A DNA stretch of 14,824 nucleotides from Nitrospirota bacterium (GTDB lineage: Bacteria > Nitrospirota > UBA9217), in assembly GCA_963749655.1 (NCBI GenBank), contig CAVVOB010000006.1, forward strand, positions 1 through 14,824, written 5' to 3'. The stretch's first letter is position 1; each line of letters starts with the position of its first letter. Under the pieces are notes generated by a model, which saw nothing but the letters and a program-made list of their open reading frames with translations, did not search any database and was not told where the DNA came from. Both the position numbers and the translations under genes were made by a program. Shown here one piece after another: positions 7,611 through 14,824 of this stretch.

Positions 7611-7640
7611 GCGGAACAAAAGGGAATAATCAAGAAACTC

Positions 7641-8192
7641 ATGCTGACCTGCGACCTCTATACCATCCTCAAAGAAGAGTTGAAGAACGGCTCGAACAAT
7701 CTTGTGACCCGTCCCACGGGCCAGGCGGTGCGGGAGCGCATCGAGCGTGACCTGGAGCAGGCGCCCGAAGGGGCGGTGATCGGTCTGGATTTCTCGAAGG
7801 TCGGGGTGATCGATTACTCCTGCTCCGATGAGATCGTTGCCAAACTCCTTTCGCGCCTCCTCGCGGGGGAGTACGGTGAAAAATATCTGATGCTCACAGG
7901 CATGAATGAGAACCAGCGCGAGAACATCGAAGTTGCCCTCGAGCGGAAGGACCTGGCCATCATCGCCGAGACCAGGGAGGGGGCAAAGGCGGTGCTCGGG
8001 AACCTTAACAAATACCTCAAGGACACCCTGGCGTTCGTCGTCGAACGGAAGAAGGCCACGGCGCGGGAACTTTCCGAAGCGGTTAAGATCGAGGCGAACA
8101 CGAGCGGTACCCGGCTCTTGAACCTGTACAAGAAGCGGCTGGTCAGAAGGGTAGGCGGCGAGGGTGCGATGTGGGCCTACGAGGCGCTGTAA
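7641..8192 (+). CDS. STAS-like (DUF4325-like) domain + C-terminal winged helix-turn-helix protein
   Basis: LVTRPTGQAVRERIE, IGLDFSKVGVIDYSCSDEIVAKL (STAS-like); TARELSEAVKIEANTSGTRLLNLYKKRLVRR (wHTH). Confidence 0.75.
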   Translation: MLTCDLYTILKEELKNGSNNLVTRPTGQAVRERIERDLEQAPEGAVIGLDFSKVGVIDYSCSDEIVAKLLSRLLAGEYGEKYLMLTGMNENQRENIEVALERKDLAIIAETREGAKAVLGNLNKYLKDTLAFVVERKKATARELSEAVKIEANTSGTRLLNLYKKRLVRRVGGEGAMWAYEAL

Positions 8193-8197
8193 GCAAA

Positions 8198-8671
8198 ATG
8201 AACATGAAAAAACTCAGAGACAATATGGTCCTCTTCATCGCCCAGGGCGCCTACAGCGGCCGGCTCCCAAAGGCGCCCGGTACGGCAGGGACCGTTGTCG
8301 GGATACTTCTCTATCTGATGGTAAAAGACCTCAGCCCCCTCTGGTACGGTGCCGTATGCGTCGGCGTGACCGTTCTGGGGACCTGGGCGGCAGGATACGC
8401 AGACTGTATACTCGGAACGAAGGACAGCCCGTCCATCGTCATCGACGAGATCGCCGGTTTTCTCGTGGCACTGTTCCTGGTCCCCTTCGCCTGGGGATAC
8501 GTTCTTGCGGGATTCGCCCTGTTCCGGTTCTTCGACATCCTGAAGCCTTGGCCGCTCAAGAGACTGCAGGACATGCCCGGCGGACCTGGTGTGATGCTGG
8601 ACGATATCGGGGCGGCGGTCTATACGAATGTCATTTTGCAGGTTGCAGGATTGATCGTACACCCATGGTAA
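8198..8671 (+). CDS. pgpA: Phosphatidylglycerophosphatase A
   Basis: SGRLPKAPGTAGT, KDSPSIVIDEIAG, FALFRFFDILKPWP, GVMLDDIGA. Confidence 0.95.
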   Translation: MNMKKLRDNMVLFIAQGAYSGRLPKAPGTAGTVVGILLYLMVKDLSPLWYGAVCVGVTVLGTWAAGYADCILGTKDSPSIVIDEIAGFLVALFLVPFAWGYVLAGFALFRFFDILKPWPLKRLQDMPGGPGVMLDDIGAAVYTNVILQVAGLIVHPW

Positions 8672-8700
8672 CCCGAAGAACGAGAAGAAACGTCACTCCC

Positions 8701-8806
8701 TTATGAAACCACGGGTCCCGACCATGTCGGGACACACCGATAAACACGGGAAATCTGAAAAAATCGCTTGTAACCGTGTGCGGCGAAGCCGCCTGTGGTT
8801 ACATAA
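8701..8806. repeat. Multi-branched palindromic intergenic element (REP/MITE-like)
   Basis: Outer stem TTATG-A-AACCACGG...CTGTGGTT-A-CATAA enclosing GTCCCGAC-cat-GTCGGGAC, ACACGG...CCGTGT and GCGGC-gaa-GCCGC. Confidence 0.7.
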
Positions 8807-8841
8807 GTTGTGCGACCTATGGGCAAAAAGGAGCTGAATCC

Positions 8842-10077
8842 ATGCGTGCTGAGATCATAGCTACAGGTTCCGAACTGCTGACCGGCGGGGTCATCGACAC
8901 CAATTCTCTGTATCTAGCGGAAGAGCTCCTGGATATCGGCATTGAGACGGCCTTCAAGACCGTCGTCGGCGACAACGACAAGGACATGGACGAGGCGCTT
9001 CGCGGCGCCCTGGCCCGGGTGGACGTCATCCTCGTCACCGGCGGCATCGGCCCCACCGAGGACGATATGACGCGCAAGGCCGTTGCCCGGGTGCTCAAGA
9101 AACGTCTGGTCCTGAGCGATGACGCCTTGAAGGCGGTCAAGGCCGTGTTCTCGGCAAAGGGCAAGGAGTACCCCGGTGCCAACGACCGGCAAGCCCTTAT
9201 TCCGGGCGGTGCGCGTATCCTTCGTAATCCCGTGGGCGTAGCCCCCGGCTTCTATTGCGTCAACGAGGGAAAGTTCGTCGCCGTCATGCCCGGCGTGCCT
9301 GCTGAGATGCGGGCCATGTTTCGCGAAGGGCTCCGGCTGGTACTGAACGAACATTTCGGCGGCAAGGCCGTCATCCGCAGAAAGGTCCTGCACACCTGCG
9401 GTCTCTCGGAGTCGAAGGTCAACGAACTGATACAGGACATCCTGAAGCAGAAACACCCTGCCATAGGCCTTACGGCAAAAGAGACCGGTGTCGATGTCCG
9501 TATCGTAGCGCGGGAAGGCAGCGGCGCGAGATCCCGGACAGTGATGGAGCGGACCGAATCCGAGATCCGGAAGAAACTGGGCGACGCGGTCTATGGCGTT
9601 GACGGCCAGGACCTGGAGGAGATCGTCGGCGCGCTGCTTCGGCAGCGAAAGTTCACGATCGCCGTGGCTGAATCGTGCACCGGCGGCATCATCGGCGGAA
9701 GGCTCACGAATATCGCCGGCAGCTCGGAATATTTTGAGCGTGGTGTGGTGGTCTATAGCTATGAGGCCAAGACCAGCCTGCTCGGTGTTCCGGCAGGTTT
9801 GATCGAGTCACGGGGCGCTGTGAGCAGCGAGGTTGCCGGCGCCATGGCGGGCGGGATCCGCGATCAGGCGAAGACGACCTTCGGCCTTGCGGTAACGGGC
9901 ATTGCGGGTCCGGGCGGCGGCACGCCGGAAAAGCCCGTGGGACTGGTATACATCGCGCTTGCATCGAAGGACGGCGTGAAGGTCGACGAGTTCCGCTTCC
10001 TCGGGACCCGTGAGCAGGTGCGCCTGCGCACGGCACAGGCGGCACTGGATATGGTGAGGAGATATCTGATTGCGTGA
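8842..10077 (+). CDS. cinA: Competence/damage-inducible protein CinA (MocF-like domain + PncC NMN deamidase)
   Basis: AEIIATGSELLTG..DTNS, TGGIGPTEDDMT, MPGVPAEM, AVAESCTGG, GAVSSEVA, VTGIAGPGGGTPEKPVGLVY; AAGGAG RBS. Confidence 0.96.
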   Translation: MRAEIIATGSELLTGGVIDTNSLYLAEELLDIGIETAFKTVVGDNDKDMDEALRGALARVDVILVTGGIGPTEDDMTRKAVARVLKKRLVLSDDALKAVKAVFSAKGKEYPGANDRQALIPGGARILRNPVGVAPGFYCVNEGKFVAVMPGVPAEMRAMFREGLRLVLNEHFGGKAVIRRKVLHTCGLSESKVNELIQDILKQKHPAIGLTAKETGVDVRIVAREGSGARSRTVMERTESEIRKKLGDAVYGVDGQDLEEIVGALLRQRKFTIAVAESCTGGIIGGRLTNIAGSSEYFERGVVVYSYEAKTSLLGVPAGLIESRGAVSSEVAGAMAGGIRDQAKTTFGLAVTGIAGPGGGTPEKPVGLVYIALASKDGVKVDEFRFLGTREQVRLRTAQAALDMVRRYLIA

Positions 10078-10078
10078 G

Positions 10079-10195
10079 GCAGTCGAGAAGCAGTCGAGGT
10101 GCCGTTGACTGATTCTGACTGCATTATGACTGCAGTACGACTGAAGTATGACTGCATCATGACTGAAGTACGACTGCAGTATGACTGGGGTCAAC
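10079..10195. repeat. 11-bp tandem repeat array (consensus GACTGCAGTAT) with inverted partner units
   Basis: GACTG at 10107, 10117, 10128, 10139, 10150, 10161, 10172, 10183; GCAGTC (reverse complement of GACTGC) at 10079 and 10090. Confidence 0.9.
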
Positions 10196-10198
10196 CGC

Positions 10199-10756
10199 AT
10201 GCGCCTATTCATTGCCATCGAACTTCCTCCTGAGATTAAGCAGGGGATCGCGAAGGTCCAGGAACAACTCAGGGAGACCGGAGCGAACGCGGGATGGACC
10301 AGGCCTGAGGGCCTTCATCTTACGCTCAAGTTCCTGGGCGAGATATCTGAAGAAAAGGCATCTGTGATCATGGCGGCATTGACCGGTGCGGCCGAGGGAT
10401 CGGGGAAGCTGAACCTGGAGGTCGCAGGTGCCGGAGCTTTCCCGAACGAAAAGAATCCCCGGGTACTTTGGCTCGGAGTAACGGGAGATGTCGAGAAGCT
10501 TGGCTCGCTTCAGGCCGCGGTGGAGAACGCGATGACTGGCCTGGGATTCGAACGGGAAGAGCGCACGTTCAGCCCCCATCTGACCCTGGCGCGGATCAAG
10601 TTCCCGAAGCCGCGGGACAACTGGCAGCAGAAGATTGAGAGCATCAGGAACGTGAAGCTCGGCGGGTTCGAGGCCGGTCATATCAGCATGATGAAAAGCG
10701 AACTGAAGCGCGAGGGAGCGGTGTATACGGAAGTGGGAAGGGTGGAACTGAAGTAG
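10199..10756 (+). CDS. thpR: RNA 2',3'-cyclic phosphodiesterase (2H phosphoesterase, LigT)
   Basis: MRLFIAIEL, two HxT motifs (LHLTLKFLG, PHLTLAR), GAFP..PRVLWLGV. Confidence 0.95.
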   Translation: MRLFIAIELPPEIKQGIAKVQEQLRETGANAGWTRPEGLHLTLKFLGEISEEKASVIMAALTGAAEGSGKLNLEVAGAGAFPNEKNPRVLWLGVTGDVEKLGSLQAAVENAMTGLGFEREERTFSPHLTLARIKFPKPRDNWQQKIESIRNVKLGGFEAGHISMMKSELKREGAVYTEVGRVELK

Positions 10757-10791
10757 CAGGAGTCAGGAGACAGGAGCCGGAAGTCAGGAGA
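10757..10791 (+). repeat. Heptamer tandem repeat x5 (CAGGAGH)
   Basis: CAGGAGT CAGGAGA CAGGAGC CGGAAGT CAGGAGA directly after the thpR stop. Confidence 0.8.
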
Positions 10792-10812
10792 AGGGCAAAG
10801 AAAATAAGGCTA

Positions 10813-10848
10813 TTGACATCGATCACGAATACAATACGCTGACAGCGT
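10813..10848 (+). promoter_or_regulatory. Putative recA promoter with overlapping 13-bp palindrome
   Basis: TTGACA(10813-10818)-16 bp-TACGCT(10835-10840); ACGCTG-A-CAGCGT at 10836-10848. Confidence 0.5.
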
Positions 10849-10869
10849 TACGTGAAAAGGAGAAAAGAT

Positions 10870-11967
10870 ATGGTAGACAAGGACAAATTAAAGGCGCTGG
10901 AACTGGCGGTGGGCCAGATCGAAAAGCAGTTCGGCAAGGGTTCCATCATGCGGCTGGACAAGGACGAGGTGCCGGCGAACATCGCGGCGATCTCGACGGG
11001 GTCCCTGGGGCTGGACGTTGCCCTGGGCATCGGCGGTGTGCCGCGCGGCAGGATCATCGAGGTCTACGGGCCCGAGTCGTCGGGCAAGACCACCCTGGCG
11101 CTCAACATCATCGCCCAGGCCCAGAAGCTGGGCGGACAGGCGGCTTTTATCGACGCTGAGCATGCCCTGGATGTTGCCTATGCGCGAAAGCTGGGCGTCA
11201 AGTCCGATGAGCTGCTCATCTCGCAGCCCGACACGGGCGAGCAGGCGCTGGAGATCACCGAAACGCTGGTACGAAGCGGCGCAATCGATGTCATTGTCGT
11301 GGACTCCGTTGCCGCGCTCACGCCGCGGGCTGAGATCGAGGGGGAGATGGGCGACGCCCACATGGGTCTCCAGGCGCGGCTCATGAGCCAGGCTCTCCGG
11401 AAACTCACCGGGGCCATCAGCAAGTCCAACACGACCCTTGTCTTCATCAACCAGATTCGCATGAAGATCGGTGTCATGTTCGGCAATCCCGAGACCACCA
11501 CCGGCGGCAACGCCCTCAAGTTCTACGCGTCGGTCCGGCTCGACATCCGGAAGATCTCGGCCATCAAGGAGGGCGAGGAGGTGACGGGCGGCCGCGTGCG
11601 CGTGAAGGTGGTGAAGAACAAGATCGCGCCGCCCTTCCGGTCGGCGGAGTTCGATGTGATGTTCAACGAGGGCATCTCCAAAATGGGAGAGATCATCGAC
11701 ATCGGCGCCGAGAAGAACATCATCGAAAAGAGCGGAGCCTGGTTCTCCTACGGCGGTACGCGCATCGGCCAGGGGAGGGAGAACGTGAAGACCTTCCTGA
11801 ACGAGCATCCGGAGATGGCCGCCGAGATCGAGGCAAAGGTCCGGGAGTCCTACGGGCTGAAGGCCGTTCCCGCCGCTCCGACGGAGGAGGCTCCGGCAAA
11901 GGAGACGAAGGAAAAAGAGCCGCCCGTGGAGAAGGAGAAGCCGGCAAAGGCAGCACGGGGCAAATGA
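10870..11967 (+). CDS. recA: Recombinase RecA
   Basis: [20 protein letters not shown] Walker [54 protein letters not shown]; AAGGAG RBS; no intein. Confidence 0.99.
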   Translation: MVDKDKLKALELAVGQIEKQFGKGSIMRLDKDEVPANIAAISTGSLGLDVALGIGGVPRGRIIEVYGPESSGKTTLALNIIAQAQKLGGQAAFIDAEHALDVAYARKLGVKSDELLISQPDTGEQALEITETLVRSGAIDVIVVDSVAALTPRAEIEGEMGDAHMGLQARLMSQALRKLTGAISKSNTTLVFINQIRMKIGVMFGNPETTTGGNALKFYASVRLDIRKISAIKEGEEVTGGRVRVKVVKNKIAPPFRSAEFDVMFNEGISKMGEIIDIGAEKNIIEKSGAWFSYGGTRIGQGRENVKTFLNEHPEMAAEIEAKVRESYGLKAVPAAPTEEAPAKETKEKEPPVEKEKPAKAARGK

Positions 11968-11993
11968 CCGCGGGACATTTGTGTTGATCAAGA

Positions 11994-12024
11994 CGAAGCT
12001 CCCTGCTTGCCCCAGGGAGCTTCG
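11994..12024 (+). terminator. Strong hairpin downstream of recA (terminator or mRNA-stabilising stem; no U-tract)
   Basis: CGAAGCTCCCTG-7 nt-CAGGGAGCTTCG, 12-bp perfect stem. Confidence 0.55.
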
Positions 12025-12084
12025 CTGCGTTCAGGGCATCTTCTTTCCTCGACGGGGTGATCACTGTCTCACCCTATCTTCTGC

Positions 12085-12113
12085 TCGAACTCCGCGGAAA
12101 ATTCGTGTATAAT
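12085..12113 (+). promoter_or_regulatory. Possible promoter for pilT
   Basis: Perfect TATAAT(12108-12113); weak -35 TCGAAC 17 bp upstream; GAGGAG RBS before ATG 12179. Confidence 0.4.
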
Positions 12114-12178
12114 AAGCTCATTGAAATCCGCCGAACGGGACCGATCCCAGACGGAAAAAGAAGAACGAGGAGACTCCC

Positions 12179-13397
12179 ATGGCTTTGAACGATTTGCTCA
12201 AAATGACATTCGAACGGAAGGCGTCGGACCTGCACCTCAAGGTCGGGGTGCCGCCTATCCTTCGGGTCGACGGCCGGCTGATTCCCCTGGAGACCGAGAA
12301 GCGCCTGACCCAGGATGATACCATCGGCATGGCGGCCAGCATCATGAACACGCCGCAGAAGAACCGGTTCAATGAGAAGAATGAACTGGACATGGCCTAT
12401 GCCGTGCCCGGCCTCGGTCGTTTCCGGGTGAACGTATTCAAGCAGCGCGGCAGCGTCGGCCTGGTCTTTCGTATGGTCCCCGCCAAGATCCTGAACTTTG
12501 AGGACCTTCTCCTCCCGCAGGTCCTTACGAAGATCGCCCAGGAGCAGCGCGGCCTCATTCTCGTGACGGGTACGACCGGCAGCGGCAAGTCCACGACCCT
12601 GGCGGCCATGATCGACTACATCAACACCTCGCGGACGTCGAACATCGTCACCATTGAGGACCCCATCGAGTTCCTGCACCGCGACAAGAAGAGCATCGTG
12701 AACCAGCGCGAGATCGGCTCCGACACCTTCAGCTTCGGCGATGCCCTCCGGAGCGCCCTCCGGCAGGACCCCGACGTGATTCTGGTGGGTGAAATGCGCG
12801 ACTTCGAGACCATCTCCATCGCCCTGACCGCAGCGGAAACCGGCCACCTGGTGCTGTCCACGCTCCACACGGTGGACACCACGGAAACTATCAACCGGAT
12901 CATCAGCGTGTTCCCGCCGTACCAGCAGAAGCAGGTGCGCATGCAGCTGGCCGCCGTGCTCAAGGGGATCGTGTCCCAGCGGCTCATTGCCCGGGCCGAC
13001 GGCAAAGGCCGCGTGGCAGCGGTAGAGGTCATGCTCGGGACCCTCTCGGTCCGCGAAGCCGTGATCGACGAGACAAAGACGCGCCAGATCCCGACGATCA
13101 TCGCCCAGGGCATGGTCCACTACGGCATGCAGACCTTTGACCAGTCCCTCCTCGGCCTGTACAAGAAGGGGCTTATCACCTACGAAGAAGCGCTCCTGTC
13201 CGCCAGCAACCCCGACGACTTCGCGCTCAAGGTCAAGGGCGTCTCGTCTACGAGCGACATGGCCTACGATGAAGAAGAGAAGAAGAAGTCCGGCACCTGC
13301 TATCCGGGGGACCATCGGCGGGACCCCGGGCGGTACCAAGTCGCCGGGCTCCGCGACGAGCAGCGAGTTCAAGATCGACCGGTTCGGGGACAAGTAA
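12179..13397 (+). CDS. pilT: Type IV pilus retraction ATPase PilT/PilU family; apparent +1 frameshift near 13285-13295, likely true stop at 13397
   Basis: ASDLHL, GRFRVN, GTTGSGKST (Walker A), TIEDPIE, LRQDPDVILVGEMRD, GHLVLSTLHT, GMQTFDQSL; the +1 frame gives a plausible tail PAPAIRGTIGGTPGG..EFKIDRFGDK*. Confidence 0.9.
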
Positions 13398-13400
13398 ATC

Positions 13401-13501
13401 GAGTGCGGAGTGCGGGTATACATGACCCTCACCCCTGCCCCTCTCCCCTGGAGGGAGAGGGAAAATGGGAGAGGGGGCTTTTTCAACGCGGAGTGCGGAA
13501 T
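13401..13501. repeat. BoxC-like pyrimidine/purine palindrome nested in GAGTGCG heptamer repeats
   Basis: CCCTCACCCCTGCC-CCCTCTCCC-ctgga-GGGAGAGGG plus a second GGGAGAGGGGG arm; GAGTGCG at 13401, 13408, 13491. Confidence 0.75.
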
Positions 13502-14020
13502 AGAAACCACACTACTGACAGGAATGAACAAGGCGTTGCCGATCAGCCGGAAGCAGCGCAAGATAAGCTCCTGAAACGGGCGAAGAACTCCGCCTACCGG
13601 TACCTCACTATCCGTCCCCGCAGCCGCAAGGAGCTGGCAGACAAGCTGCGGGACAAAGAATTCTCCGACTACATCATTGACGCCGTGCTGGATCACGTGA
13701 TCAAGCTCGGATACCTTGACGACGCAAAGTTCGCGGCCCAGTGGGCCGCGAGCAGGGTCAGGGGCCGGGGATTCGGCAGACGGCGTTTGGAACAAGAGCT
13801 CCGGATCAAGGGCATCAGCAGAGAGATCATCAAGGAAACGCTCAACACGCTCTTCGAGGAAGCTCCCGAGGCAGAGACGGCCCGCAAAGAAGCTGAAAAA
13901 AAGCTCAGGACCCTGACCCGGTTCGAACCGGAGGTCCGCCGCAGACGCCTGGCGGGATTCCTGGAACGCAAAGGGTTCTCCTCCGAAATTATCCGCAGTA
14001 TTCTCCATGCCGTTCGTTGA
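13493..14020 (+). CDS. recX: Regulatory protein RecX (start uncertain; in-frame GTG 13493)
   Basis: AYRYLTIRPRSRKELADKL, LGYLDDAKFA, GFGRRRLEQELRIKGI, RRRLAGFLERKGFS. Confidence 0.93.
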   Translation: MRNRNHTTDRNEQGVADQPEAAQDKLLKRAKNSAYRYLTIRPRSRKELADKLRDKEFSDYIIDAVLDHVIKLGYLDDAKFAAQWAASRVRGRGFGRRRLEQELRIKGISREIIKETLNTLFEEAPEAETARKEAEKKLRTLTRFEPEVRRRRLAGFLERKGFSSEIIRSILHAVR

Positions 14021-14120
14021 TCTCGCTGCAGCAACAAGGACCGAAACACACCAACGATCAGTTGCGTACCGCGCACACTATCTGATATCTCTATCCGTCC
14101 TGTCGGAACGGGGCTCCATC

Positions 14121-14453
14121 ATGCCTGAACGATTGATCAGCGAGGCGCTTATCCCTGTGGTCGCCACGAGCGATACGTCGCGCATGGCCGTGGGGGAGCC
14201 CGGCCTTCCGCGCGAGTTCCTGTGGAGGGGAAGGACGGTCCATATCAGCACTGTCCTGCGCGCCTGGCGCGAGACCGGGAAATGCCATCACGGCAGCCCG
14301 GAGCTCTATGTCCGCAAGCACTGGTACGAGGTTACCGTGGACGACGGCGCGACGATGAAGATATACTTTGACCGGCAGCCGCGGCGGGGGCGTGGGCACA
14401 AAGAGCCCAGGTGGTGGCTGTTCAGCATCAACGGACCGGAAGCCAACCCGTGA
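14121..14453 (+). CDS. DUF6504-like protein resembling the ImuB C-terminal domain
   Basis: PREFLWRGRTVHISTVLRAWRE..YVRKHWYEVTVDDGATMKIYFDRQ..RWWLFS; 110 aa. Confidence 0.7.
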   Translation: MPERLISEALIPVVATSDTSRMAVGEPGLPREFLWRGRTVHISTVLRAWRETGKCHHGSPELYVRKHWYEVTVDDGATMKIYFDRQPRRGRGHKEPRWWLFSINGPEANP

Positions 14454-14824
14454 TCTTGAAGGAAAGAACGGAGATCGACCGGCCAATTGCCCACGTCTGG
14501 CGTTTTGTCGGAACTCCCGAGCTGTTCCTCCAGTGGAACGACAAGATCGTGGAAATGGAGGCGCGGGGCGCTTTTCAGCTGGGCCAGCGTTTCACTACCC
14601 GGTATGAGATGAACCGCAAACAGCTGCAGTGCCGGTCGCAGGTCACGAGACTCGAGGAAGGGCGGTTGCTGGAGCTGCAGCACGGGAATTGCTCCGGAAA
14701 GGGCGTTCATGGAGACATCAAGGTCATTGAGCGGATAACGCTGGAGGAAAAGGGCGGCCGCACCATCGTGACAAAGGATGTTCATATGATGAATCATGGG
14801 ATCCCCTGGTTCTTCGTTATGTTC
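14450..14824 (+). CDS. SRPBCC (START/polyketide cyclase-like) family protein, 3'-truncated by the window edge
   Basis: GTG overlapping the previous stop (GTGA); MILKERTEIDRPIAHVWRFVGTPELFLQWNDKIVE..LGQRFTTRY..VTRLEEGRLLEL, open to the end; absent from the supplied ORF track because it has no stop. Confidence 0.8.
   Translation, partial: MILKERTEIDRPIAHVWRFVGTPELFLQWNDKIVEMEARGAFQLGQRFTTRYEMNRKQLQCRSQVTRLEEGRLLELQHGNCSGKGVHGDIKVIERITLEEKGGRTIVTKDVHMMNHGIPWFFVMF

Noticed and set aside
6883-7640. Prophage or IS element around ORF6N
   Set aside because: No integrase, transposase, structural genes or clear target-site duplication
10079-10195. Repeat array as a CRISPR
   Set aside because: Units are 11 bp and contiguous with no unique spacers; no cas genes in the window
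10888-14008. Long antisense ORFs (367 aa and 644 aa) opposite recA and pilT/recX
   Set aside because: Typical shadow ORFs of GC-rich conserved genes; no recognisable motifs

Overview
GC-rich bacterial chromosomal window; gene content suggests a Nitrospirota/Desulfobacterota-like organism (inference). The left part holds small unrelated genes: a receiver-PilZ regulator, Mth938-like protein, secreted hypothetical, PHP phosphoesterase, NmrA-like protein and a diheme cytochrome c. From 4766 a co-oriented + strand run follows: an orphan GroES-like protein with a histone-H1-like tail, an HsdR_N-like protein, a STAS-like+HATPase kinase-type protein, an AT-rich ORF6N gene, a STAS-like+winged-helix protein, then pgpA-cinA-thpR-recA-pilT-recX, a DUF6504/ImuB-C-like protein and a partial SRPBCC gene. 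Main observations: (i) a 27-bp 10-7-10 palindrome inside the ORF6N coding sequence recurs almost exactly 261 bp earlier in its leader; (ii) a sigma-factor-less STAS-kinase/STAS-wHTH pair heads the recA operon, with an operator-like inverted repeat over the -10 of its promoter; (iii) a GroES-H1 fusion is broken next to an in-phase A_AAA_AAG slippery site; (iv) three single-base frameshifts, one creating an apparent PilT-RecX fusion, may be assembly errors; (v) a different repeat or hairpin occupies every intergenic gap from pgpA to recX. Family assignments are from motif recognition, not database searches.
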